Shown piece by piece: positions 48,096 through 58,146 of a stretch of 64,000 nt of DNA. This stretch comes from a virus. The position numbers and the translations under genes are program-made. A model generated the notes under the pieces. That model was given only the letters and a program-made list of their open reading frames with translations. It was not told the origin of the DNA and ran no database searches. Position 1 is the first letter of the stretch. Every line of letters begins with the position of its first letter. The stretch covers positions 32,001 through 96,000 of IMG/VR virus record IMGVR_UViG_3300050821_010764; one strand, written 5' to 3'.

Positions 48096-51000
48096 ATGAC
48101 ATTTATTAAACTAGGCGAAGCACAGGAGATTAAGTTAGAGAGCATGGATTCGTGCCTCCCTGCTGTGAGTCCTGAAATTCTAGAGAACTTTAGGAAGTTT
48201 GCAATCAATCTTAAGAAGGTTGCCCCTAAAGCAGAAGACTTTTTATATTTCTCTGCTGTTATGATGCATGCTGCTGAAGCAGCCGCCCTCAATGACGACG
48301 GGACTCCTAAGCTAACGGCTAGAGGAGAGACGGTAGAAGTAGGTTGGGATAAATCTGGTGGTACTTATCGCTGGATGAGCAACGACTCTAGTGTTAAACC
48401 CTATAAGAATTCTAATGGAGATATATTTCCAGAGGAAGAACTGGTAAAAGCATATAAGAAGTGGGTGGGTAAGCCTCTTTGCGTGGATCATAAATCGAGT
48501 TCGGTTGACCATGTAAGAGGCTTTATTGTTGATACCTACTATGATCGTAATCTTAAGAGAGTTATAGCTTTATGTGCTTTAGATAAGGCTGGATATCCTC
48601 AATTAGCAAGACAAATCTCCACTGGAGTTTCTAGCTGCGTGTCCATGGGTACCGCTGTTGGAAGAGCAATTTGCACCGATTGTGCCCGAGTCGCCCGCAC
48701 GGAACAAGACTTCTGTGACCATATGCGCCGCAAGAGCTGCTATGGTGAAATTAACGTAGATTTAAATCCACTTGAATTATCCATTGTTGTTAACGGAGCC
48801 GATCCAAAGGCTAATATCAAGCATATTATTGCTGCCGCTAACACCCTTAATACTTATGTCGAGAACAAACAAAAGGAACTCGACAAGCTAGCAGACTTGA
48901 CTTACTCAGCTACTTTGACTGTAAATGACCCTCAAGGACATGAAGGTGGAAATAGCACACAAGTTACAGTCAATGCGACGGACCTTGCTAAATTCAAAGA
49001 AGACGTCGAGGCAGCTTTTCAGAAATTGAGTGAAATTAAAAATTCTGGAAAAGATACTACTAATGATACGGCATCTAATCAAGAGCTAGGTACTGTGATA
49101 CCAGCCGCTGATTCTGGATTGGCTCCCCCACACGCAAGATATGCATCCGCTGAAGTAGGGGTGGATCCTATTGCTGAACTTCATGAGGTTACTAGAACCA
49201 TTGAAGCCAAGCTGAGCCAAATGAAACAAAGCTTGGACAAGTTAGCAAACACTTCTACTACAAACAAACAAGAGGAAAATATGTCTGGATCAAATGAAAC
49301 TGTAAAAAAGGGTTATTACCAAGGCGCCGGTGGCGTTAATGAGCCTACCCCTGGTCAGGCAAAATATCCAAAGGATCCTCTTCAAGAGCATCTCCGTGAA
49401 AAAGAGGATAAACAAATGGTGGGTCAACCTCCATTTCCAGATGTAGGACCAGTCGATGGTATGCATCCATCCCCAGAATCTGCTGACCAGTCTAATGAGT
49501 TAGAGCGTAAAAAGATGCTTGCTCGTGCTGAGTCTGAAGAGAGAGCCCAACGTCGTCAAGCGATTGTTGATTTAGCTAAGAGAACTATTGAAAACAAAAA
49601 AACCGCTTGGTTTCAAAATGGTGATGGCAACAACCCAGGAACCCCAACTCCAGGTAAACCAAAATACCCAGTTGATAAACTAGAGTATGTACTTCGTGAA
49701 CACGAAGATAAGCAGATGGTTGGACAGAAGCCTTTCCCAGGTGTTGGTCCAGTTGATGGTCTTCATCCATCTCCACAATCCGCTGACACCTCTGATGAGT
49801 TAAAGCGTAAGGAAATGCTACGTAGAGCTGGTTTAATAGCCAGATTCGTTCGTGCTTCCAATAATGATGGTACTGCCAATCTAGGTAATAGTGCTTGGGA
49901 AGTTTATCTTGGTGACAAGCTACTTCTTACTGCCTCTGTCAATGAACTATCTGGTGGACGTGCTGAAGTATTACATGACAGCATTGCAACCCGTGAATTC
50001 GGTGGCAAACTAATTGAGAAGATTAAGACTCATGGTGCAGACAAGATTCGCTCCTTAGTAAAGAGTGGACAACCAGCTCCAGGCGGTGCTCCTCCAGCTC
50101 CAGGCGGTGACGCAGGCGCTCCACCAGCAGGTGGCGATGCCGGTCCTCCAGCCGAAGATACTGGTAAATCCGGTGATCCAAAAGATCAAGCTCTTGCATT
50201 AGCAGAGAAGGGTGTCGAGCTTAGCTCCGACCTTAACGAAGCAGTCAAGGCTATGGTCGGTGAGAAATCCGAAATGGGCGATATGGAAGGCGGACCAGCA
50301 GCAGCTCCAGAAATGGGTGCTTCAGCCTCCTTTAGTACACAAACACTCAACAATTTGAGGAAGGAACTTAATGGCGCGCTAACTCACGCTATGCAAGAAT
50401 CCATTGCTTCCATTAACGATCATGTTGAAGAACTTAATATGATTTCTGGATTATATGATAAGGGCGCAGTAACTGACTCTAACCAAGAGTTCGTTGGCTC
50501 TATCGTTGAAGATGCACTAAGCGAAGCCAAGACTGCAATTGCAGATGGTTTCAAATTGATGAGCGCATTTGTGAAGTACGCCCGTGGTACTACTGCCATC
50601 GTCAAGCGTGCAGAAATCGAGGCAGAACTAGAGGCATTAGCTGAGGGAGAGACTATGACAGGCGAACAAGACGCCAACAATGGCGATGATTTAATGGCTA
50701 TGATCAGCGATACCAATTCAGATTTGGATGCTATCCATGGTCTTATGGCAGATGACAACGCTCATGCCGGCGAAGAGCCACATGACGAGGCACTAGAGGG
50801 CTTACTAGACATGCCAGCAGATGATGCAAATGATCTTAAAGCCGGTGATTTGAAGCCAGAAACTATGCTAGACCCAGCAATGATGTCTCATGCATCTTTT
50901 GATACCAAAGAAGGTCGTCAAGCAATGAGAGCCAAGCTAGCCGCTGACGCTCTTGGCAAGCAAGACGACGGAGAAATCTCCGATATGTCTAAGCAAAAGT

Positions 51001-51662
51001 TTAGCGACATGCTAGACCAAGCTGACAAGCTTACTGATGGTCAAACTGACTTGGATACCAAGCCATCTGACAATCTAGGATATGTTGAAACTCTTCCAGA
51101 AGTTAACAAGGCTATGATGGATCTTGCAAAAGCTCCACCAAAGGTCCGTAAGGAAGCAGAAGCTATCCATAACCTAATCTCTGAAGGCAAGCTTCACCCA
51201 TCCGACCTAGACGCTCTAGTAGCAGAAGGTTTGGATAAGGATGCAGTAGCTTACTACAAGAAGTACTGGGCTCAGACTGAAGGTGGCGGAGAATTCGCCA
51301 GTGAATTGGTCAAGGAGCACGTCAAGGCAGACCTTGAGGCAGAACTTAACAAGTACAGAGTAAAGCTAGGACGTTCTTACGAACTAGCATATGACATGGT
51401 TGACCGTGGTTTGTGTCACCACGACAGAAACGCAGTTTCTGCCCAGGTAGATGAAATCATGAAGTTCAATGACGAGTCTTTCGATTCTCTAAAGAGAGTT
51501 GTTGCAAGACACCCAGTAACCAACCTTCGTAAGGAAGGTGGAAGAATGCCACAAGTTGGTATGATCGGTTCTGGTGACCTAAGCACCACACCACAGTCTG
51601 ATGGTGATATGTTTGCACAATTGTCGGCAGCATTTTCTAAGACTTCCAAGAGAAGTTTCTAA
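48096..51662 (+). CDS. Prohead maturation protease fused to a large scaffold region
   Basis: NSNGDIF..EEL, GKPLCVDH, RG.I.D, VSMGT, CxxC..C.H, ELSIV..GADP; long acidic/helical C-terminal part; lies between portal and capsid. Confidence 0.8.
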   Translation: MTFIKLGEAQEIKLESMDSCLPAVSPEILENFRKFAINLKKVAPKAEDFLYFSAVMMHAAEAAALNDDGTPKLTARGETVEVGWDKSGGTYRWMSNDSSVKPYKNSNGDIFPEEELVKAYKKWVGKPLCVDHKSSSVDHVRGFIVDTYYDRNLKRVIALCALDKAGYPQLARQISTGVSSCVSMGTAVGRAICTDCARVARTEQDFCDHMRRKSCYGEINVDLNPLELSIVVNGADPKANIKHIIAAANTLNTYVENKQKELDKLADLTYSATLTVNDPQGHEGGNSTQVTVNATDLAKFKEDVEAAFQKLSEIKNSGKDTTNDTASNQELGTVIPAADSGLAPPHARYASAEVGVDPIAELHEVTRTIEAKLSQMKQSLDKLANTSTTNKQEENMSGSNETVKKGYYQGAGGVNEPTPGQAKYPKDPLQEHLREKEDKQMVGQPPFPDVGPVDGMHPSPESADQSNELERKKMLARAESEERAQRRQAIVDLAKRTIENKKTAWFQNGDGNNPGTPTPGKPKYPVDKLEYVLREHEDKQMVGQKPFPGVGPVDGLHPSPQSADTSDELKRKEMLRRAGLIARFVRASNNDGTANLGNSAWEVYLGDKLLLTASVNELSGGRAEVLHDSIATREFGGKLIEKIKTHGADKIRSLVKSGQPAPGGAPPAPGGDAGAPPAGGDAGPPAEDTGKSGDPKDQALALAEKGVELSSDLNEAVKAMVGEKSEMGDMEGGPAAAPEMGASASFSTQTLNNLRKELNGALTHAMQESIASINDHVEELNMISGLYDKGAVTDSNQEFVGSIVEDALSEAKTAIADGFKLMSAFVKYARGTTAIVKRAEIEAELEALAEGETMTGEQDANNGDDLMAMISDTNSDLDAIHGLMADDNAHAGEEPHDEALEGLLDMPADDANDLKAGDLKPETMLDPAMMSHASFDTKEGRQAMRAKLAADALGKQDDGEISDMSKQKFSDMLDQADKLTDGQTDLDTKPSDNLGYVETLPEVNKAMMDLAKAPPKVRKEAEAIHNLISEGKLHPSDLDALVAEGLDKDAVAYYKKYWAQTEGGGEFASELVKEHVKADLEAELNKYRVKLGRSYELAYDMVDRGLCHHDRNAVSAQVDEIMKFNDESFDSLKRVVARHPVTNLRKEGGRMPQVGMIGSGDLSTTPQSDGDMFAQLSAAFSKTSKRSF
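49313..49830 (+). repeat. Two copies of an approximately 72-aa repeat within the scaffold
   Basis: YYQG..GVNEPTPG..KYP.D...LRE.EDKQMVGQ.PFP.VGPVDG.HPSP.SAD.S.EL.RK.ML.RA occurs twice. Confidence 0.85.
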
Positions 51663-51688
51663 GAACTAAACAACTAATAGAGGATACT

Positions 51689-52573
51689 ATGACTAATAAA
51701 AGTGTATCAGATTTTGTCGCTGCAACCATGGATGCAGTACTAAAGAGCGCAGAGCACAAGGCTTTGTTCGGCACCCAATACAAATATGCTTCGGATGAAA
51801 ACGATGCAAAGTGTTCAAAGTGTGGCAAGGATGCTTGCTCATGCGGTGACACCGGTATGGCAGATGACAATGAAGCAAAAAAGAAGATGCCACCTTGGCT
51901 AAAAGATAAGAGTGACTCTGCTAGTGCGGACGATCAAGATGCCAAGAAAAAGAAAGACTCTTCTGGTGATTCTTCCAGTGCTTGGGATGACAACGATGCT
52001 CGTAAGAAGAAGGATTCTTCCTCTTCCAGCAGCGATTCAGCCAGCGCTTGGGATGACAATGACGCCCGTAAAAAGAAGGACTCCTCTGGTGATTCTTCTA
52101 GTGCAGATGATAACGATGCTCGCAAAAAGAAGGAAGAATCTTCTAGCTCCAGCGATTCTTCTAGCGCAGATGATTTGGAAACTTCCGCAGCATTTGATGT
52201 TGCTATCGACAGCCTATTGACTGCTTCCGCAGCTCTTGACTCTGTCGGTATGGAAAAGTCTTCTGCATTCAGTTTGAAGCTTGCTTCTTTGGTTGTTGAA
52301 GCCAAGAAGAAGGACAAGGATTCTAAGAAGAGCAAGAGCGATTCTAACGATGCTAAGGATAAAGCCAAGGCAAAGAAAGAAAAAGAGCTAGCCGCCGAAA
52401 AGAAGAAGAAAGAAAAAGAGAAGGCTGATGCTCAATCCGCTAAGGATAAGGCTGCCAAGGAAAAAGAGAAGGAAAAGGCTAAAGCAAAAGCAGATAAAGA
52501 CAAGGCTGATGCTCAAGCTGCTAAAGATAAAGCTTCCAAAGAGAAGGCAAAATCATCTTCTTCTAAGAAGTAA
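51689..52573 (+). CDS. Repetitive Asp/Lys/Ser-rich internal head protein candidate with Lys/Ala/Glu-rich tail
   Basis: DDNDARKKK-DSS repeats; histone H1-like KAKAKKEKE tail. Confidence 0.65.
   Translation: MTNKSVSDFVAATMDAVLKSAEHKALFGTQYKYASDENDAKCSKCGKDACSCGDTGMADDNEAKKKMPPWLKDKSDSASADDQDAKKKKDSSGDSSSAWDDNDARKKKDSSSSSSDSASAWDDNDARKKKDSSGDSSSADDNDARKKKEESSSSSDSSSADDLETSAAFDVAIDSLLTASAALDSVGMEKSSAFSLKLASLVVEAKKKDKDSKKSKSDSNDAKDKAKAKKEKELAAEKKKKEKEKADAQSAKDKAAKEKEKEKAKAKADKDKADAQAAKDKASKEKAKSSSSKK
51860..52170 (+). repeat. Imperfect tandem coding repeat (about five units of DD[NQ][DE]A[RK]KKK...SS)
   Basis: Repeated GATGACAA[CT]GA[TC]GC.CG.AA.AAGAA units. Confidence 0.85.
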
Positions 52574-52596
52574 TTAACTTCCAATAAGAGGATATC

Positions 52597-52824
52597 ATGT
52601 TTAAAACAGCCAGTTTCGAAGAAGAGATCTATCGTTCAATGGAAAAGAAATTGGTGTCAAACCAATTAGAAGAGAAGCATGGATTTACTAGGCTAGCTCA
52701 AGCTGCCGACTATCTTAATGCTGCCGCTGAAATTTTTGATCAAGCTGGTATGACCGAACAATCTGAAGAAGTAACAGAGGTCTTGCAGGGATTGGCTCAA
52801 CAGCTATCCGGCAAGACTTCTTAA
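52597..52824 (+). CDS. Small head-module protein (paralog of 52836)
   Basis: FEEEI...M...L...A.DYLNAAAEIFDQAGM. Confidence 0.65.
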   Translation: MFKTASFEEEIYRSMEKKLVSNQLEEKHGFTRLAQAADYLNAAAEIFDQAGMTEQSEEVTEVLQGLAQQLSGKTS

Positions 52825-52835
52825 TTTGAGGAACC

Positions 52836-53261
52836 ATGATCAAGAAAAGCGTTTTCGAAGATGATTTAATTGCCGGGATGCAGAGAGAACTGCAAGCTCA
52901 TGATAAAAAACAAGGTATGCAAAACCTTGATAAGGCAGTGGACTATCTTCAAGCTGCGGCAGAAATTTTCGAAGAGACTGGCATGACAGCTAAAGCCGAC
53001 CAAGTATTGAAAATTCTACTTAAAATTGGTCAAGAAAAAACCCCTCCTCATCCAAAGAATCCTGCTAATGTCAGTGATAGACATACTAAAGGATTAACCT
53101 CTGAAAAGATGGTAGCTAATCTAAAAGACCATGGTTCTATGTTTAATATGGTAGATGATGGTGCAGCTGATGACCTACTTAATATTGATATAGATGACAA
53201 AGGGTTAGAGGTTGCCGAGGGCGAAAACTCCTACGAGAAAACCTTTGAGGATAGTGACTAA
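52836..53261 (+). CDS. Small head-module protein (paralog of 52597)
   Basis: FEDDL...M...L...AVDYLQAAAEIFEETGM. Confidence 0.65.
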   Translation: MIKKSVFEDDLIAGMQRELQAHDKKQGMQNLDKAVDYLQAAAEIFEETGMTAKADQVLKILLKIGQEKTPPHPKNPANVSDRHTKGLTSEKMVANLKDHGSMFNMVDDGAADDLLNIDIDDKGLEVAEGENSYEKTFEDSD

Positions 53262-53301
53262 TTGTTATATACTGAGTAGGTATAGTTAGAAAAAGGCATC
53301 C

Positions 53302-53991
53302 ATGCTCAGACTAGTACAAGTAGGTAATACACTTCCAGCCAGTTTTATCGTTGATCCATCCGCTGAATTTCAGCCTGGACAGATTGCTGAATTAACCGTT
53401 ATCGGCAACCAAGTGATGGCAACCGTTAGTAACGGTACTGCCCCTATTGGTGTCATTGACGATATCAAAACCAAAGCATTTACTAACGTCTCTTGGAACG
53501 AAGTTGTTATCGTCCCAGCCGTAGGTGTTCCGGGTCCGGGCGGCACATTAGTTACTCCGGTTGATATCAAATCAGAATTAAAGAAACCTAATATCATTCC
53601 ATCCAGTTTCAACTCTACCGTTAACGTAGTGTTGAATCCAAATAATGGTGTTATTACTTTCGTAGCTGGTACCTCTTTGAATTTCGATTTAATGGGTACT
53701 GGACAACCAAATGCCATTAGAACTATTGTTAATTATACTTATCAAGTAGCTAATATTCCTGGTGATGATAGTACTCAAGGCTCTGGTAGAATGACCGTTT
53801 GGTTTAACAGAATGTTTTTCCAGACTGATCAATATGAGACTAATCAACAGTATCCTGTCAGAGCTAATTTGTATGTTAGTGAGGTAGGATTTTTGACGAC
53901 TAGAAGACCTAGCGCTATTCATCCGGCAGTGGCAATGGTAACGGCACCACCTACTCCTATGAATCCGATGATCGAAGTTCTTTGGTTTTAA
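53302..53991 (+). CDS. Capsid decoration/cement-like protein (paralog of 60625)
   Basis: beta-rich; PIGVIDD; DSTQGSGRMTVW. Confidence 0.55.
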   Translation: MLRLVQVGNTLPASFIVDPSAEFQPGQIAELTVIGNQVMATVSNGTAPIGVIDDIKTKAFTNVSWNEVVIVPAVGVPGPGGTLVTPVDIKSELKKPNIIPSSFNSTVNVVLNPNNGVITFVAGTSLNFDLMGTGQPNAIRTIVNYTYQVANIPGDDSTQGSGRMTVWFNRMFFQTDQYETNQQYPVRANLYVSEVGFLTTRRPSAIHPAVAMVTAPPTPMNPMIEVLWF

Positions 53992-54081
53992 ACCCTCAAT
54001 ATTACTGCATATCCTTTTATTTAGAGAGAAGCTTTCTATATTCCAGCATATTATAGACGAATCTATCGATAGAGGATAAAA

Positions 54082-55344
54082 ATGACTTTTAAACACGTGA
54101 AATTTGAGGATTCTGCGGTAATGCGCTCCCTGGAAAAGGTAGCCTCCCAAAAAGGTTTGGTTAAGTCCGATCCTCTCAAGAAAACCGCATCCAAACAAAC
54201 TGATTTGTTTCCTACTACCAATTTGACGGAGAACATCCTCAAGTTGTGCGAAGGTTTGAGACATCAAGGTTTCAACAAGTATGCCGATGAACTAGAAGAT
54301 AAATTCGTCGTTTACAAGCAAGCTGCGGCTGCTACTCTTTATGAAACCTCGCCTGAAGAAGGAAAAGATTTAGTAGATGCCGCTCATCCAAAGGGTAGCC
54401 ATCATCTTGAGGGTCTTGATAGCGATGAAGCTGTCATTGAGACCATTTTGGACCAACACCTAAAGGATACTAAGGTAGTAGAGAAAAAACCAACTGGCAA
54501 ATTGTCATCTTCTCGTGATATTTTAAGAGCTGTCAAATTTGTTTTAGCTCAAGAAGTAACGGAAGAGCAACTAATCCCAGTACGTGCTGAGAGAGCCATC
54601 GAGCAATTAAAATCTGTTCTTGGCATACTTGGTCAGTCTCGTACTACTATTTTGAACAAGATGAATACTACCACCCTGGCTAAATCTTTTGATACCAACT
54701 ACAATGAGATTGCTAATGTAGTTAACGCTCTCACTCCAGAGACCATTAGCATTAAAAGTATTGACAGTGTTATTGGAGATTTAGGTGACATCCAAAACTC
54801 TATTGATTTCTTCAACTGGAAAGATTTAGGAGTTCTGATTCCAGGAATTGGATTTGCTTCATTGCTACAACATGTCGGTGATTTTACTGACATGGCTACG
54901 GGAGATTGGGATCAAGCCCTAAGAGATAAAATGACCGGCTTCGTAAATAAAGCTAAGGCTGCGGCGAAAAAAGCCCGTGCTTTTATGCGTGGTGAAGCTG
55001 ATGCCGAAGTAAAAGAAATGGCAGCCAAGAAAAATGCACCACTTACCATTCCAACTGTTGAAATAAAGGCAGGACCATTAAGTTCGTATTTTGGTCAAAT
55101 TGCAAAATTAAAGACTCAGCTCAATACTTGGAAAGCGTTCCGTTCAATTTCCCAGAATCCAGAAGCAATGAAATGGATTGCAGAAGAGATTGCTGCTCTT
55201 GATGATATTGATAAAAGATATGACGCTCTACCAGAAGATCAAGAAGCCGGCGCTGCTAGTGAAATGGGCAAAGAAGTAAACGAAGAGGCTCAAAATATTA
55301 ATCAGTTCCAAGCAGACTGGGTTAGTGCTAAACCTAGTGCCTAA
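54082..55344 (+). CDS. Internal/ejection protein candidate (AHP family, paralog of 59268)
   Basis: S.VMRSLEKVASQKGLV; LY...DLVDAAHP...VIE; hydrophobic GVLIPGIGFASLL. Confidence 0.5.
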   Translation: MTFKHVKFEDSAVMRSLEKVASQKGLVKSDPLKKTASKQTDLFPTTNLTENILKLCEGLRHQGFNKYADELEDKFVVYKQAAAATLYETSPEEGKDLVDAAHPKGSHHLEGLDSDEAVIETILDQHLKDTKVVEKKPTGKLSSSRDILRAVKFVLAQEVTEEQLIPVRAERAIEQLKSVLGILGQSRTTILNKMNTTTLAKSFDTNYNEIANVVNALTPETISIKSIDSVIGDLGDIQNSIDFFNWKDLGVLIPGIGFASLLQHVGDFTDMATGDWDQALRDKMTGFVNKAKAAAKKARAFMRGEADAEVKEMAAKKNAPLTIPTVEIKAGPLSSYFGQIAKLKTQLNTWKAFRSISQNPEAMKWIAEEIAALDDIDKRYDALPEDQEAGAASEMGKEVNEEAQNINQFQADWVSAKPSA

Positions 55345-55354
55345 GGGTAAAGAT

Positions 55355-56620
55355 ATGTCAAAATCATCCGCCAAAGAAATATTGGACTATATTGAAAAGT
55401 ATGGTCGAGGCAGACCACCTCCGAAGCCGGGGGCAGGTTATGTGGCGTCCCCTACACCAGCACCATCTACTAAAGCTCCAGCGGGTGCAACGCATGCTCC
55501 TCCAAAACCTGGACAACATGTGCCATCTGGTGGCGGATCTGCAAGTAGTCCTGCGATCAAAGACATGCAAGAAAAGCTAGTTGGTTTATCTAAGTTAGTT
55601 TTATCTCAGCTTAATATTGAAAACATCGCTAAACAAGATGATTTGCGTCAAGCTGGCGAAGCCGCTCATCGAGATTCGTTCGGAGATTTCGTCGTTAAAA
55701 ACTATCTAAGACCTGCGGGTGGCGGAGCCCAAGAGTTTGATCCAAGTGAAAGGGTAACTGATGTTGCCAAAAAGCAACCTTCTACACCAACCAGAATGTA
55801 TTCTATCATGAATACCATGTCAAGAATTGGCGGACCAAAAGCTGAATTTAAACCAGATGGTGTCTGGGGACCAAGAACTAATCAAGCTCTTCATAATACA
55901 AAAGCCTTTGCAGAAGCCATGCTAAAATTATCCAAAGACTTTGAGACGCCAGTTAAGTCATATACTTTATCTGACCTAAAAAACTTCGCACTTCCAGATA
56001 AAGAAACTGACCTATCGCCACAAGATCGTGCTAAGTCAGCTTCAGTATTGGCTCAGCACATTCGAGCTATTACTAACATGTTTCATGAAATCAAAGAAAA
56101 CATTTTAGAGAATCCTCAGCATCAAGCCTCTATTGAGGGTGATACTCCATATGCTGTTATTGGAAAAGGCAAGGAAAAGCCAGGCGCCAAACCAGAACAA
56201 GCTCCTCAACCACTTACACCACAAGCTATTGCCTCCTTACAAACTAGATTTAAAGATGGTTTTCCAATCTTGTTTACTGATCCACAAACAAACAAAGGTA
56301 AAACCGTACTAGTTTTTGTGCAAGATTTAGTTAGCCCAGATGCATTTCAAGGATGGATGTATAAGCAACAAACAAATCAAGATCCGGCTAAAATTATAGA
56401 ACAAGTTAAAGATAGATTGGCTGGACGTCCAATTAAGCCACTACCAAGAAGATATGAAGACACTCTTTCTCCAACTGATAGAGAGCAATTTTTCAAGAGA
56501 AATCCAGACCTAAAAAAACAATACAATAAAGAAGTGGCAGAAGAAGCAGCAGATCAAGCAAAACAAGAACAAGGAATGGCACAACAAAGGACAGAAATGT
56601 CTGGGAAAGCTGGAGCATAA
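55355..56620 (+). CDS. Internal protein candidate with a peptidoglycan-binding-like motif
   Basis: AIKDMQEKL...DGVWGPRTNQAL. Confidence 0.45.
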   Translation: MSKSSAKEILDYIEKYGRGRPPPKPGAGYVASPTPAPSTKAPAGATHAPPKPGQHVPSGGGSASSPAIKDMQEKLVGLSKLVLSQLNIENIAKQDDLRQAGEAAHRDSFGDFVVKNYLRPAGGGAQEFDPSERVTDVAKKQPSTPTRMYSIMNTMSRIGGPKAEFKPDGVWGPRTNQALHNTKAFAEAMLKLSKDFETPVKSYTLSDLKNFALPDKETDLSPQDRAKSASVLAQHIRAITNMFHEIKENILENPQHQASIEGDTPYAVIGKGKEKPGAKPEQAPQPLTPQAIASLQTRFKDGFPILFTDPQTNKGKTVLVFVQDLVSPDAFQGWMYKQQTNQDPAKIIEQVKDRLAGRPIKPLPRRYEDTLSPTDREQFFKRNPDLKKQYNKEVAEEAADQAKQEQGMAQQRTEMSGKAGA

Positions 56621-56622
56621 CG

Positions 56623-58146
56623 ATGTCTTTTATTTATGATGACTCAAATCTTATTAGCGATCTGATCAAAAGTGGTTTGGATTTTGAATCCAAATTCACT
56701 AAGGAGGGTCAAGCTACGGCTGCTGCTAATTCAGATTTTCAGAACATCACTACTGTATTGGACAACCTTCAAAAAGCAATGCCTTCGCCAGCCGGTGCTA
56801 CTCCAGCAGCAGCTCCCGGAGATGAGGCAGATCCTAATGCTCTTCCAGAAATTTCACATGTTGGTGCTGGCAAACCTGGATCACAGGATCCTAAACTTAC
56901 CAGTGCCAATTTAGAGGGCTTAGGTGCATTAGCAAGTTGGGCAGCGGGCAATGCTATTACTGTAGATGGAAAGCGTATAGCCTTTTCTTCAAACGAAGTG
57001 CAGGACGCCCCAGGAGAAGATTATCAACTATATAGGCTTGAGCCGAATGCTGGTTTATTAGAGGTCGGTGATAGGTCTGTCGTTAAGCAGGGGTTCTACA
57101 TCAATAAAGATTTATTGGTAAAATTCATTACGTGGAGACTGGCTGTTCTATCTCAAAAACCAAACATGGTAGAAAAAGTACAGTTAGGTAAATTGATTGC
57201 CGATGCTAATAGACTCCTGGGTACTAAAATTAGTCCAGAGTATAAAGCTCCAGAAGCAACCCTGTCACCAAATACACTTATTGATGAACTACCTGGTGTT
57301 ATCGATGGGAATAACCCAATGAATAATGGTGCTAAGCAACTATTTTTCAAGGACATCCAGTCTGACACCGCACTTAATGCATGGCTCAAGAATGCGCCAA
57401 TGACATTTATGAAAACCAAAGACAAAGACGTTCCCGCATATCCGCCCAGCAATGAGTTTGATATGTGTGTTATCGTTAAAGTTCTATGGACCAGAGCTAA
57501 TGTCTGGTCTACTCGTGCACCAAGTGATGCAGAGAAAAAGAAGTTTGTTGTTTATAAGCGTCAAATGGAAAAGCTAGCTCCAACTATTACCGGTGCCAAT
57601 GGCAAAGCTTGTCAATTAGCTGGGGCGACTCCGCAACCAGGTGCTCAGCCAAATCAAGTTAATGCTCCCGCTATTGCGCAAGCCATCAGCACTCTGCCAT
57701 TTAACATTAGAGATATCAATTTCAACAGAATTAAGAAATTCTTTGAAGTCGTTAAACCTCTCATGGAAAATGTACCAAACAACGAAGCCGCCATGGCACA
57801 CATGACTAATGTGGAAGAAACATTGATACCACAAGCTTTCAATTTGCTAGCTGTTAAAGATGGTATCATCCCATTGGGCGAAAGAGTTCATCAATTTGCA
57901 GGCAGACTAAGCAATCAACAAGAGCCGGGCAAACAAGTATTTCCATTGATCTCAGCTTTAGATAGAATTCTAGATGAGACTCGTGCAGTAGTGGAGGCTT
58001 TCTGGTCCGCTTATGGCGACAAGGTCAATTCTGGTCAACAGGCTCAGATTCTGGGTCAAATCGGCAGAAACCCAAATGACAGCTCTATCTATAGTAGAAA
58101 TGCGGACGCCCTTGAAACCTTAAGAACCTCTGGAACTGTAACCTAA
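56623..58146 (+). CDS. Hypothetical head-module protein
   Basis: GGAG RBS; FTKEGQ. Confidence 0.55.
   Translation: MSFIYDDSNLISDLIKSGLDFESKFTKEGQATAAANSDFQNITTVLDNLQKAMPSPAGATPAAAPGDEADPNALPEISHVGAGKPGSQDPKLTSANLEGLGALASWAAGNAITVDGKRIAFSSNEVQDAPGEDYQLYRLEPNAGLLEVGDRSVVKQGFYINKDLLVKFITWRLAVLSQKPNMVEKVQLGKLIADANRLLGTKISPEYKAPEATLSPNTLIDELPGVIDGNNPMNNGAKQLFFKDIQSDTALNAWLKNAPMTFMKTKDKDVPAYPPSNEFDMCVIVKVLWTRANVWSTRAPSDAEKKKFVVYKRQMEKLAPTITGANGKACQLAGATPQPGAQPNQVNAPAIAQAISTLPFNIRDINFNRIKKFFEVVKPLMENVPNNEAAMAHMTNVEETLIPQAFNLLAVKDGIIPLGERVHQFAGRLSNQQEPGKQVFPLISALDRILDETRAVVEAFWSAYGDKVNSGQQAQILGQIGRNPNDSSIYSRNADALETLRTSGTVT

Noticed and set aside
51860-52170. CRISPR array
   Set aside because: The repeats are in-frame coding units with synonymous variation and no unique spacers; no cas genes are present. 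11089 is a generic PD-(D/E)XK nuclease
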